A DNA stretch of 50,300 nucleotides from an uncultured archaeon (GCA_964427125.1 CAYRSM010000002.1:1-50300); one strand, 5' to 3'. Positions 25,980-34,174 are shown, numbered from the stretch's first letter. The notes: generated by a model from the letters alone, not told the origin. Numbers and translations are program-made.

Positions 25980-26828
25980 ATGGTTCTTGTAACAAAGGCC
26001 GACGGCACGAAGCAGGAGTTCGACCGGAGCAAGATAGTGAAGACCTGCCTCAGGCTGAACGTCTCCGAGGCTCACGCCAATGAGATAGCGGACAGGGTGC
26101 AGGGCAGGCTGTACGAGGGCATAACCACCAAGAAGGTCCTGCAGATGGTGTTCACCTTCGTCCGGAAGTACAGGCCCGAGCTGAGGCACAGGATAGACCT
26201 GAGGCACGCCATAAGCATCATGAGGTCGAAGCCGGACTTTGAGGAGTTCGTGAGGTTTGTTCTGAGGGAGCACGGCTATGAGGTCGAACCGAACAAGATC
26301 CTCCAGGGCAGGTGCGTCGAGCACGAGATAGACGGCGTCGCCAGCAAGGAGGGCAACGTCTTCTGCGTGGAGGTGAAGCACCACGAGGAGTACCACACAT
26401 ACACCGGGCTGCACGTCTTCCTCGAGACCTACGCCACCCTGCAGGACCTGATGGAGGGAAAGGCGCTGAACGGCCGCACCTTCAACAGGCTGATGGTAGT
26501 GTGCAACACAAAGGTGTCGGACCACGCGAGGAGGTACGCCGAGTGCAGGGGCATAACCCACGTCGGCTGGAACTACCCCGAGAGGATGAACCTGAGCGAG
26601 ATGATAGACAGCAAGCTTCTCTACCCGATAACCATACTCCGCGGCATGGACTCGTACACGCAGGGAAGGCTCGGCGACAACAACATAGTGGCCCTGAAGC
26701 AGCTGGCGGAGGCGGACATTGACAATCTTGTAAAGATGGGCATCTCGAGGGAAAGGGCGGAAGATCTGGTCAGCAAGGCGAGGGGTATCCTGGGGGCGAA
26801 GGAGACGGCGCCGTTGGCTGTGCGGTAA
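25980..26828 (+). CDS. ATP-cone domain fused to an Mrr-like PD-(D/E)xK nuclease domain and a C-terminal helix-hairpin-helix
   Basis: The ATP-cone is VLVTKADGTKQEFDRSKIVKTCLRLNVSEAHANEIADRVQ. The Mrr_cat-like core is FEEFVRFVLREHGYEV...EHEIDGVASKEGNVFCVEVKH...MVVCNTKVSDHARRYAECRGITHV. The HhH-like tail is ALKQLAEADIDNLVKMGISRERAEDLV. Confidence 0.65.
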   Translation: MVLVTKADGTKQEFDRSKIVKTCLRLNVSEAHANEIADRVQGRLYEGITTKKVLQMVFTFVRKYRPELRHRIDLRHAISIMRSKPDFEEFVRFVLREHGYEVEPNKILQGRCVEHEIDGVASKEGNVFCVEVKHHEEYHTYTGLHVFLETYATLQDLMEGKALNGRTFNRLMVVCNTKVSDHARRYAECRGITHVGWNYPERMNLSEMIDSKLLYPITILRGMDSYTQGRLGDNNIVALKQLAEADIDNLVKMGISRERAEDLVSKARGILGAKETAPLAVR

Positions 26829-26898
26829 ACCTTGCGAACATGATAAATAACAAAATGGGAAATTAAAAAACCCAGCCATTTCTGCACAACACCCGGGC

Positions 26899-27195
26899 TC
26901 ACTTCGCCAGGGTTATGGCAATCGTCGACACGTTCACCTTTCCCCTATCCTGAGAGTTCATCTCTTCCGTGCCTATGCTGATGTCGCTGATCTTTATGCT
27001 CTCCGCGCCGAACCTCCTCCTGATTATCTCGGCAACATCGACTGCTCTGGATATGGCTTTTCCCCTGGCTTTTATGTTAACCGCGTTCCTTCCGCCAGAG
27101 AACTGTGTCATTGCGGCCAAGACGTAAGCCATGGCGCCCTTCTTGCCTATGAATATCACGTCGTCAGCCATCCTGCTCTCTGTGTTTTCTGCCAT
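26899..27195 (-). CDS. albA: Chromatin/RNA-binding protein Alba
   Basis: DDVIFIGKKGAMAYVLAAMTQFSGGRNAVNIKARGKAISRAVDVAEIIRRRF is the canonical Alba core. Length is 98 aa. Confidence 0.9.
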   Translation of the reverse strand: MAENTESRMADDVIFIGKKGAMAYVLAAMTQFSGGRNAVNIKARGKAISRAVDVAEIIRRRFGAESIKISDISIGTEEMNSQDRGKVNVSTIAITLAK

Positions 27196-27313
27196 TGTTT
27201 TTGCCTCCCTTGTTTTCTCAGGCCTGCTATTTTGCAGGCGTAATTATCCTTAGTGGGTTGCTACACTTAAGCGTTGAACTTATAGGGGAACACCCGAACG
27301 TCATTCCCGCAGT

Positions 27314-27949
27314 TCAGATTATTCCCTCTTTGGTCAAAAAGCCGCTCACAAGCTCGAATATCTTTTTATGGCCGCCGGCGTTGGGGTGCACGCCGTCGAA
27401 CAGAAGTTTGCGGTAGTCTTCTTCCAGAAAGTGTTCCATCACCTCCACGAATCCGGCTCCGTTTTCCTTGGCGGCGATTTCTATTATACTGTCGAATTCC
27501 TTTACAAAGTCGTTGCGGTATGACGTGTTCGGCATCCAAAATAGGTGGGTCGCCTTTTTCTCGTCCACGGGAGTCAGTCCTATGAACACTATCTTCGAGG
27601 GCCTTTTGCGGGCGATGTCTATCAGTTTTCCCAGGTTGGATTTGAATCTTTGAGGACTGACCTTCGGACCCTCGTGCCCGCGTATCAATTCAGAGTCGTT
27701 GATGCCGACGGCAAAGACGACCACCATGTCCTCCTCTTCTGCTCTGATCTCGATTTCACGTTCGACGCGCTTGAGCAAATCCTCTGTCGTGTTACCATCT
27801 ACGCTCAGGTTGTAAATCATGCAGTAGAACTTCTGCTTCGTTGCGATAATCTTTTCGTCAACGAGCTTTCTCAGCCTGCCCGCCCAGCCGCCTTCCAAGT
27901 CCCACGAGCCGTGCGCTATACTGTCCCCGAAAATCAGGATTGCAGTCAC
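27314..27949 (-). CDS. SGNH/GDSL-family hydrolase
   Basis: Block I is ILIFGDSIAHG, block III is VFAVGINDS and block V is LFDGVHPNAGGH. The GTG start at 27949 overlaps the cbf5 stop (GTGA). The upstream part of the track ORF lies inside cbf5. Confidence 0.75.
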   Translation of the reverse strand: MTAILIFGDSIAHGSWDLEGGWAGRLRKLVDEKIIATKQKFYCMIYNLSVDGNTTEDLLKRVEREIEIRAEEEDMVVVFAVGINDSELIRGHEGPKVSPQRFKSNLGKLIDIARKRPSKIVFIGLTPVDEKKATHLFWMPNTSYRNDFVKEFDSIIEIAAKENGAGFVEVMEHFLEEDYRKLLFDGVHPNAGGHKKIFELVSGFLTKEGII

Positions 27950-28872
27950 ATTCCCCTCTCCACTATTACCCTGTCGGTCCTCAGAGCTACACCCTTCTTC
28001 CTCTCCTGCATCGATTTGCTGTTCATCTTGGCTATGCCGAACGCAATCAGCACGCTCCTGGGGTCGAACATGCACACGCTCTCGCCCTCTACAATGTTTC
28101 CGTCCGAACTATCTATCCCCTTCACGTAGAGCGGCGCGCCGTTGACTATCGACGGCACCGCAGAGTCCTTCACAAATATCTTTTTCACGTGCCCCACAGC
28201 ACGCTCTATCGGTATGAGCATCCTCCTGAGCCTCTCCTCGTCGCCGCCCTTCCAGAACTCGTAAGCGTCCTTCACCTCGAGCAGCGGGTGAGCATCTTCC
28301 TCGGTGAAATTTCCGGCAACAGTCCTCCTCAGCTCGCTCATGTGTGCGCCTGTCCCCAGAGCATTTCCCACGTCGGAGCACAGCTTCCTTATGTAGGTGC
28401 CCGCCTCGCAGCCGACCCTGAACAGGACGTCCTTCCCGCTCGCCTCGAGTATTTCGAAAAAGTAAATCTCCCTCTCGCGCTCCCTTCTGGCCACAGCCGA
28501 CTTCACGGGAGGGGTCTGTCTTATCTTTCCCAGGAACTTTTCGGATATCACGCTCCTGAGTGTTTCCTCTGACACCTCGTGGTGGACGTGCATAACTCCG
28601 ACATACTCCTTCCTCAGTCCCATCAGAAGGGGCATCACCTTCACGGAGTTGCCGAGTGCAATCGGAAGCACGCCCGTCACCGCCGGATCAAGTGTCCCAG
28701 CATGTCCCGTCTTGTTCACGCCGAATATGCTCTTGACCCAAGCGCTTATCTGGTGCGACGTTGGCCCGGAGTTTTTGTCGATTATTATTACGGAACTTTT
28801 AATCAGTTCCCCCATTGTCCTTTCTTCGGGAGGTTTGTATGTCGGAAGCTTGTTCACTTCTGATTCCTGCAT
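27946..28872 (-). CDS. cbf5: H/ACA RNP pseudouridine synthase Cbf5 (TruB family with PUA domain)
   Basis: IIIDKNSGPTSHQISAWVK, the catalytic GHAGTLDPAVTGVLPIALG, GTYIRKLCSDVG and a C-terminal PUA-like VKDSAVPSIVNGAPLYVKGI are all present. Confidence 0.9.
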   Translation of the reverse strand: MQESEVNKLPTYKPPEERTMGELIKSSVIIIDKNSGPTSHQISAWVKSIFGVNKTGHAGTLDPAVTGVLPIALGNSVKVMPLLMGLRKEYVGVMHVHHEVSEETLRSVISEKFLGKIRQTPPVKSAVARREREREIYFFEILEASGKDVLFRVGCEAGTYIRKLCSDVGNALGTGAHMSELRRTVAGNFTEEDAHPLLEVKDAYEFWKGGDEERLRRMLIPIERAVGHVKKIFVKDSAVPSIVNGAPLYVKGIDSSDGNIVEGESVCMFDPRSVLIAFGIAKMNSKSMQERKKGVALRTDRVIVERGM

Positions 28873-28924
28873 GGCAAGTCACCGAATTAAAATTTGTCAG
28901 GTATGATAAGATAAAACAAGATTA

Positions 28925-30007
28925 TCATCGTGTCAGTTGCGCCGCCCGTACAGTTTCGTAAAGCTCCGTTGCTTTCCCCTTTTCAAAGTGCTTTCTCACA
29001 GGCGTCAATATCTCGTCCAGGGCGAGAGCAGTCTCTTTTTTCAGGTCCATTGGGTGAAGCTTGCCGTCCCTGAACATGCTTTCGAGCTCGGCGTAATTGC
29101 GTACCTCCATGTCCCCCCCGAATTTTACCGGGCGCTTTATAATTCTAGACTGGAATTTCCTGAAGATTATGTACTTCCAGATTTCCATGACAGGGTTGTC
29201 CTCAACGACCTTTTCTGGGCAGAAAGCACCGTTTAGCTTCTTCTCGATGTCTGCTAGAGCGTCGTGTATAAAGATTGCCGTCTGGGGTTTGGACTTGCTC
29301 ATCTTGGCCTCCAGCTGCAACGTGGCTGTCTCCTGCCCCATCCTTCCCTTTCCCGGCCCCTGAAGACCCATTAGTAGGTGGTGGTGAACGCAGACTTTTG
29401 TCGGTTGTCTCAGTTTTCCCGCCACTTCCCTGGACAAAATGGTCGCGTGCCTCTGGTCCATTCCTAGCTGCAGTATGTCAGCTCCAAGGTAAAACGGGTC
29501 ACGCACCTGCATCATCGGGTACAACAATTGTGATGTGTATTGCATCTCGCTTTCCGCCCTGCCCATTATGGGGCTCGCCCTTATCGTCCTGTTGACTGTC
29601 ACGTTTTTCGCGACATCAATGACACCCTTCCAATATGCAGGGTCTTTCACAGCATCGCTTGCCCAGACTATCTTTATTTTGTCAGTGTCTACGCCGCATG
29701 CCTTCCACCCTTCGATGAAATACTCGCCAACTTTCTTCAACAGTTCGAGGTTTCCCCCCATCTTGTTGTTGATGTAGCCAAACCAGTCGGCTATGAAGAG
29801 CACAAAGTCCACCTTCGCCTCGAGCAGGTCGTTTAGTTTGATTGTGCGGAGGACGCTGGAACCCAAATGAAGCAGACCTGACGGTTCAAAACCGTCATAT
29901 GCGACTGGTCTGTCTTTTGTCTCCAGCAGTTCCCTCAGGTCCTGCTCTGTTATTATCTCCTCTGTGGGCGCGCGCTTTATGAGCTCGATCCTGTTTTCCA
30001 AATCCAT
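28925..30007 (-). CDS. tyrS: Tyrosyl-tRNA synthetase (archaeal type)
   Basis: AYDGFEPSGLLHLGS (HIGH-like), YPMMQVRD and KMSKSKP (KMSKS) are present. The C-terminal KFGGDMEVRNYAELESMFRDGKLHPMDLK closely parallels the remembered M. jannaschii TyrRS. Confidence 0.9.
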   Translation of the reverse strand: MDLENRIELIKRAPTEEIITEQDLRELLETKDRPVAYDGFEPSGLLHLGSSVLRTIKLNDLLEAKVDFVLFIADWFGYINNKMGGNLELLKKVGEYFIEGWKACGVDTDKIKIVWASDAVKDPAYWKGVIDVAKNVTVNRTIRASPIMGRAESEMQYTSQLLYPMMQVRDPFYLGADILQLGMDQRHATILSREVAGKLRQPTKVCVHHHLLMGLQGPGKGRMGQETATLQLEAKMSKSKPQTAIFIHDALADIEKKLNGAFCPEKVVEDNPVMEIWKYIIFRKFQSRIIKRPVKFGGDMEVRNYAELESMFRDGKLHPMDLKKETALALDEILTPVRKHFEKGKATELYETVRAAQLTR

Positions 30008-30056
30008 ACCCGTCGCTAAATAAACTTACCGCACACGCTAAGAAATAATTTAAAAA

Positions 30057-30266
30057 TCAGCTGAACCATCCCGGGAACCCGCCCGTCTGGCTTGGCGCGC
30101 TCGGGCTGCTCTGCGGACTGTATCCGGGGCCGTTCTTCCTGCACCCATCGCAGAGCCACTGCCTGCTGTGCTTGACCACGCACCTGCTGCACCCTATCCT
30201 TCCGCATCCCTCGCAGGACATCAGCTCGCTGGTCACGTTCCTGCAGGTCGGGCACTTCACTCCCAT
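30057..30266 (-). CDS. Small multi-Cys zinc-ribbon protein
   Basis: MGVKCPTCRNVTSELMSCEGCGRIGCSRCVVKHSRQWLCDGCRK. The ATG at 30266 directly follows the stop of the upstream flavin reductase gene. Confidence 0.5.
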   Translation of the reverse strand: MGVKCPTCRNVTSELMSCEGCGRIGCSRCVVKHSRQWLCDGCRKNGPGYSPQSSPSAPSQTGGFPGWFS

Positions 30267-30267
30267 T

Positions 30268-30801
30268 TCATCCTTTCCCCTCTGCCACAAGCTCGGAAAA
30301 CGACATCCTGATTGCCGGGCCGAGCTTCACCGGGTCGACCTTGCCTCCCGACACTATGCTGTCGTCCGCCTCTATCCTCACGACCTCCCCGAAGAGCAGC
30401 ATGTTCTCGCCGGTCTTCATCTTGTTCACAAGCCTGCACTCCATCCAGAGCTTTGCCTCCTTCGCCCGCTTCGAACCTATCATCGAAGAGCTGGTGCCGT
30501 TCAACCCTGATTCGGCCAGCTTGTCGATGCCGCGGGGGTATGTCTTTGAGCACGCCACGACCTTGTCCTGAAATTCCCTGGGAAGCACGTTGACGACAAA
30601 CTCCCCCTTCCTCAGGATGTTCTGGAAGATCTTGGAGCCGGGGTCCAGCACGAAAGCCAGCAGGCTCGGCGATGAGGATACCGGTATCATCGTGTCCAGG
30701 GGCATCGCGTCGGTGCCATCCAGACCGTCGTCGCATGTTATGAGGGCCAGGAGCCTCGGCAAAAGCACCTTTCCAAGATCCTTCGTGTCAATCATCATCA
30801 A
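30268..30801 (-). CDS. Flavin reductase-like FMN-binding domain protein
   Basis: The Flavin_Reduct pattern is present: LPRLLALITCDDG...MPLDTMIPVSSSPSLLAFVLDPGSKIFQNILRKGEFVVNVL. Confidence 0.7.
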   Translation of the reverse strand: MMMIDTKDLGKVLLPRLLALITCDDGLDGTDAMPLDTMIPVSSSPSLLAFVLDPGSKIFQNILRKGEFVVNVLPREFQDKVVACSKTYPRGIDKLAESGLNGTSSSMIGSKRAKEAKLWMECRLVNKMKTGENMLLFGEVVRIEADDSIVSGGKVDPVKLGPAIRMSFSELVAEGKG

Positions 30802-30864
30802 TAGTTATTTTGCGGGGATAAGGCTTAAGTGATAGGAAACCACAATTTTACTTAGTTGAATTCG

Positions 30865-31413
30865 ATGGATTTGTTCGGCAGGAAGAAGGTAGAGGTAAGC
30901 AGGGACCTGCAGGAGATAAAGGAGGCTGTGGACATACCGCTGCCCACAAAGGAGGACCTCGCGAATATAAGGCCGGGCGAGATGCGCAGGGAAGCCCCGA
31001 TGCCAGTTCCAAGAGCGGTTCCTGTCGCATCCGCTGCACCCATGCCTGAAGAGGCGCCGGCCGCAGAGGAAAGGCCGAAGCAACCAGTGGCGCCGATATT
31101 TATCAAGCTTGACAGGTATCACACGATACTCTCCTCGCTGACCGAGGTAAGGAAGGGACTAGACGCGATAAAGAACGTCTTCGCGTACATAAGCGAGCTC
31201 GAGAAGATGAAATCGGAGAGCTTCAAGATGCTGCACGACATGGTGGCAAAGATGGACAAAAAGCTCACTTACCTTGACTCGGAGTTCCTGAGGCCGCCTG
31301 GTTTCGAGGCGCCGGAGTCCCAGCAGGCGATGGAGCCGGGAAATCTGGAAGACATGATATCCAGCATGCGGGGAAAGATAGACGAGCTGAGGTCGCAGAT
31401 AGAGGGTATCTAG
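30865..31413 (+). CDS. Hypothetical coiled-coil protein with a Pro/Ala-rich N-terminal linker
   Basis: MDLFGRKK..., then PMPVPRAVPVASAAPMPEEAPAAEERPKQPVAPIFIKLDRYHTILSSL, then a helical C-terminal half. I recognise no family. Confidence 0.55.
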   Translation: MDLFGRKKVEVSRDLQEIKEAVDIPLPTKEDLANIRPGEMRREAPMPVPRAVPVASAAPMPEEAPAAEERPKQPVAPIFIKLDRYHTILSSLTEVRKGLDAIKNVFAYISELEKMKSESFKMLHDMVAKMDKKLTYLDSEFLRPPGFEAPESQQAMEPGNLEDMISSMRGKIDELRSQIEGI

Positions 31414-32273
31414 GCGAGCCGTTTCTTAAGGGTGGCATACCTTTTTAGTACGTCCTCGCGTTCCGCTATGCTCCTCGGGCCGATGTCCTCCACGACAAAA
31501 GATGCCGCAGCGGACGCAAATACAGCGGAGTCTACAACATCATTGGTATCAAAATATCTTGTCGCAAATGCCGTCCCGTAGACATCCCCAGCGCCGGTTT
31601 CGTCCACAACATTTGTCCTGAAGGCAGCCACCCTGTGAAGCTCCCCGTCGTACACCAGCGAGCCGTCTGCTCCGAATGTCAATGCGACTGTCTTTGCCCC
31701 GAGTGAATGCAGTTCCTCGCACACAGACTCAAAATCTTTTAGCCTTGACACCGAACCAATCTCGTTGCTCCCCACCTTTAGAAAATCCACGTGAGGCAGT
31801 ATTTCTTCCCGCTCATCAAAGAACTTTCCGACCACGCGTCCGCTTTTTTGGCTGCGTACAAACCCCTGCACGTCCAACGACAACACATCGCACAACTTCC
31901 TCGCCTTTTTGACCAGTTCGGAATCCACCTCGCCTAACATCGGGTTTATGTGGATGACGTCACTCTTGACATTAGTATGAAGTTCTATCTTCGCGGTGTT
32001 GCTCATCAGTGTCTGCATCCTGTCGCCGTGAGTGTAATCGTTGACAAACAGGGTTGAGTTCTTGTCTTCCTGTAGTTCTACCTTCACACCATCGCTTGCA
32101 AGTTTATCTATCCAGCCAGACAGCTCCGAGTTTCCGCTGCTCAGTATCTTGGACTTGCACCCCAGCCTCGCCGCGGCTATGCCCGAGTAGCTCGTCCCTC
32201 CGAAGGAGTGATTATCCCCGGATCTGGATCTTATTATGTCCTTGGTGATGTTCCCGACAACCAGAAATTCCAT
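31410..32273 (-). CDS. PfkB-family (ribokinase-like) sugar/nucleoside kinase
   Basis: The N-terminus is VVGNITKDII. The signature VDETGAGDVYGTAFA (DTxGAGD) lies near the C-terminus. Confidence 0.8.
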   Translation of the reverse strand: MEFLVVGNITKDIIRSRSGDNHSFGGTSYSGIAAARLGCKSKILSSGNSELSGWIDKLASDGVKVELQEDKNSTLFVNDYTHGDRMQTLMSNTAKIELHTNVKSDVIHINPMLGEVDSELVKKARKLCDVLSLDVQGFVRSQKSGRVVGKFFDEREEILPHVDFLKVGSNEIGSVSRLKDFESVCEELHSLGAKTVALTFGADGSLVYDGELHRVAAFRTNVVDETGAGDVYGTAFATRYFDTNDVVDSAVFASAAASFVVEDIGPRSIAEREDVLKRYATLKKRLA

Positions 32274-32384
32274 AATCTGATTATCGAAAGGAAGAAATAA
32301 ATGGAGGCCCTCCCACCACAGCAGAATAATATAAAAATACGCCCCGTTCTTCTGACGAGCGCATGAAATTCAAACTATACAGGT

Positions 32385-32618
32385 TTATTTGGGCTTGTAT
32401 TTTTTACATGCATCCCAGTACTCTTCCTTTTGTCTGTTCACACCCATTGTTTTTGGACTGTATTTGGGATGTTCGCATGAAGCATACCTGCCAGTCACCA
32501 CAACTGCCGCACCGCCTGCACAGTCGCCCATTTCTACATTGACACGCTCTCTGTCCCAATAGAAGCAGTCGCCGCACGTTTTCTTTAACTCTTTTATTCC
32601 CTTGTCCATTTGGTTCAC
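32385..32618 (-). CDS. Small Cys-containing hypothetical protein
   Basis: 77-aa ORF, CGDCFYWD...CAGG...CEHP...C. No family recognised. Confidence 0.4.
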   Translation of the reverse strand: MNQMDKGIKELKKTCGDCFYWDRERVNVEMGDCAGGAAVVVTGRYASCEHPKYSPKTMGVNRQKEEYWDACKKYKPK

Positions 32619-32688
32619 TCAATAAAAAAGCGAAACTAAACTTTATATGCTTTGGATGCAGGGGGTGCGATTCGAACGCACGAAGGGA

Positions 32689-32708
32689 ATGGTCTGATTT
32701 TGGATCAT
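32689..32708 (-). other. tRNA intron 3 (20 nt) inside the long variable arm
   Basis: The motif is GGTT|AG^A|TGAT-CCAAA-ATCA|GACC|AT^T. It has a 4-bp central helix (one G-U), two 3-nt bulges and a 4-bp closing hairpin, i.e. a textbook BHB. Confidence 0.7.
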
Positions 32709-32722
32709 CTAACCCAGCAGGT

Positions 32723-32771
32723 TTCTCATTATCATTCCCCTTAGGGTCAACGCTTAAGGGTTAGTGAGCAT
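32723..32771 (-). other. tRNA intron 2 (49 nt) at the canonical position 37/38
   Basis: The central helix is CTTA (nt 32-35) paired with TGAG at the intron 3' end, including one G-U. The bulges are AG^A and AA^A. An internal hairpin is CCCTTA/TAAGGG. No clean outer h' helix is present. Confidence 0.6.
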
Positions 32772-32778
32772 CTTAAGC

Positions 32779-32809
32779 TCCGCCGGGCACGGGTTTGCGC
32801 CAGTGCCCT
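32779..32809 (-). other. tRNA intron 1 (31 nt) at position 30/31 in the anticodon stem
   Basis: The intron is AGGGCACTGGCGCAAACCCGTGCCCGGCGGA. The bulges are AG^A and GA^G. The inner helix is GGGCAC/GTGCCC (6 bp). The central 4-bp helix CGGC/GGCG has one G-G mismatch, so this is a relaxed BHB. Confidence 0.6.
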
Positions 32810-32922
32810 CTGCCGCCATTGCCAGACTAGGCGACCCCTGCGATAAAATAGATTTGTATTCTTTCAGGCTTATTAGATGGTACTTTGAATAGACGACTCG
32901 GTGTGATGTCCTTTTCTGTCAG

Positions 32923-33576
32923 TCATGGCTGTTTTATAGCATTTCGGTACACAGCATCTATCTCAGATATTTTTTCGATTATCTGTTCCTTGAATTCCTC
33001 TCCGAGCCTTGGAAAACACTCTTCGATGTAGGAAGAAAGTTCACCAGCGTTAATGTCGGGGTATTCATACGCCCTTGCACCGATAAGCCATACAGAAGCC
33101 GCGACATCATCTTCCAATTTTTCGAATGTCATCCCTGGCAACTTTAGCATGGTTGTCATTGCCTGCAGGTTGGCTTTGCAATCGCATTCGATATAGCATG
33201 CAAGGCTTTTAGGGTAAGCATATTTCCTTCTGATAAGATGGGCGGCTGAATAAATGCCTTCGACATGGGCGGCTTCGTGCTCCACCGCAAACGAGATAGC
33301 ATTTCTGACTATCTGTGGGCACATTCTATAAACATGATAAATCCCCTCGAGAATATTTTGGCCTATTATTAAAACTGCATCCTCGAGTGAGGAGGGCGAG
33401 TCAGTAGCGCAGTCAACCGAAAGCATCGTATTGTGGGGGACGTTATACTGCTTGTGCAACGAAGGGTCGGGGTCAATACTTATGTACCTAAATCTTGGGT
33501 TAGTGCTTTCTATTAAGCCTAATATTGTTGCTTCTGCATCGGACACAGGTTGGCCCAGAGCTAATTTTTGTGACAT
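32923..33576 (-). CDS. Hypothetical protein with an HExxH metalloprotease-like motif
   Basis: The internal ATG at 33576 (MSQKLALGQPVSD...) is preceded by AT-rich sequence. The motif is FAVEHEAAHVEG. The upstream 91 codons of the track ORF are Arg/Pro/Ser-rich and overlap a plus-strand mini-ORF. Confidence 0.55.
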   Translation of the reverse strand: MSQKLALGQPVSDAEATILGLIESTNPRFRYISIDPDPSLHKQYNVPHNTMLSVDCATDSPSSLEDAVLIIGQNILEGIYHVYRMCPQIVRNAISFAVEHEAAHVEGIYSAAHLIRRKYAYPKSLACYIECDCKANLQAMTTMLKLPGMTFEKLEDDVAASVWLIGARAYEYPDINAGELSSYIEECFPRLGEEFKEQIIEKISEIDAVYRNAIKQP

Positions 33577-33697
33577 AAAAATACTTACTTCACAGTAGTA
33601 TTTAAAGGCGCAATTCCGCTGGTCTCTGACTGGTGGTTCTTTATATACTCTCCTCTCGTATAGAAGCTGATAGCAAACGTGCCTTGGTGGACGGAAA

Positions 33698-33808
33698 ATG
33701 ACAGGAGCGACTAATTGCCCGGACTGCAGGGAAAGCATCGCGTGGCAGCTGGCCGTATGCCCGAGCTGCGGCAAGGAGCTCGACACGGGCCTTTCCGACA
33801 TGGCATAG
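33698..33808 (+). CDS. 36-aa zinc-ribbon mini-protein (below the ORF-track size cutoff)
   Basis: Hand translation gives MTGATNCPDCRESIAWQLAVCPSCGKELDTGLSDMA. A GGTGG Shine-Dalgarno-like element lies 7 nt upstream. The region is locally GC-rich relative to its flanks. Confidence 0.35.
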   Translation: MTGATNCPDCRESIAWQLAVCPSCGKELDTGLSDMA

Positions 33809-33811
33809 GCT

Positions 33812-34135
33812 CTAGTCGATCTCGGAAGGGGCCTTTGGCGAGCGCACATTCATGATTATGCTCCTCGTGTCCTTGGCTGGGTAGATGCAATATGTTATGT
33901 CCGTGCCCCACTTCTTGTTAATCCTTTTGAATATCTCGCTCAGCCCCATGAAGTCCTCCTCTGTGAAGTGGATGACTCCTAGGTTCAGGTCGAACTCGAG
34001 CTTGCTCTTCTTTCCCCTGTAGAACTTCAGCGGTATCCTGCGGTAGAGCTTGAACTCAAACGCACGCAGTTCCCCAATAAGCTCGCCGAACATACTCTTG
34101 CTGGCGAACGGCTCCAGCGGGTCGAACCTGGGCAT
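33812..34135 (-). CDS. Hypothetical protein
   Basis: Clean 107-aa ORF (MPRFDPLEPFASKSMFGELIGELRAFEFKLYRR...). No family recognised. Confidence 0.45.
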   Translation of the reverse strand: MPRFDPLEPFASKSMFGELIGELRAFEFKLYRRIPLKFYRGKKSKLEFDLNLGVIHFTEEDFMGLSEIFKRINKKWGTDITYCIYPAKDTRSIIMNVRSPKAPSEID

Positions 34136-34174
34136 GACTAAAGATTGTGAAAGAATTCATAAAAGCGTTTGACT

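Larger units (their letters stand above)
32657..32841 (-). tRNA. tRNA-Leu(UAA) gene interrupted by three introns (185 nt; 85 nt after removal)
   Basis: The minus strand reads GCAGGGG TC GCC TAGTCTGGCAAT GGC G GCAG[31]G CTTAAG[49]A CCTGC TGGGTTAG[20]TCCCTTC GTGCG TTCGAAT CGCAC CCCCTGC A. The acceptor stem is a perfect 7 bp and the T arm is canonical. The spliced form has a perfect anticodon stem GCAGG/CCTGC, loop CTTAAGA, and a long variable arm identical to that of the Leu(CAG) gene in this window. CCA is not encoded. Confidence 0.75.

Noticed and set aside
25968-26879. 303-aa minus-strand ORF covering the whole ATP-cone/nuclease gene
   Set aside because: It is an antisense shadow ORF. Its translation is Arg/Pro/His/Val-rich and low-complexity, while the plus strand has clear domain motifs.
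27218-27236. Hairpin GCCTGC-tatttt-GCAGGC between the SGNH hydrolase and albA, considered as a terminator
   Set aside because: Archaeal termination is mainly oligo-T driven, and no T-run follows the hairpin on the transcribed (minus) strand. It could equally be part of the albA 5' UTR and is not decidable from sequence.
32723-32771. Possible C/D box sRNA embedded in the 49-nt tRNA intron (AATGATAATGAGAA)
   Set aside because: There is only a one-mismatch C-box-like word, with no D box and no guide-like arrangement. The intron is also too short.
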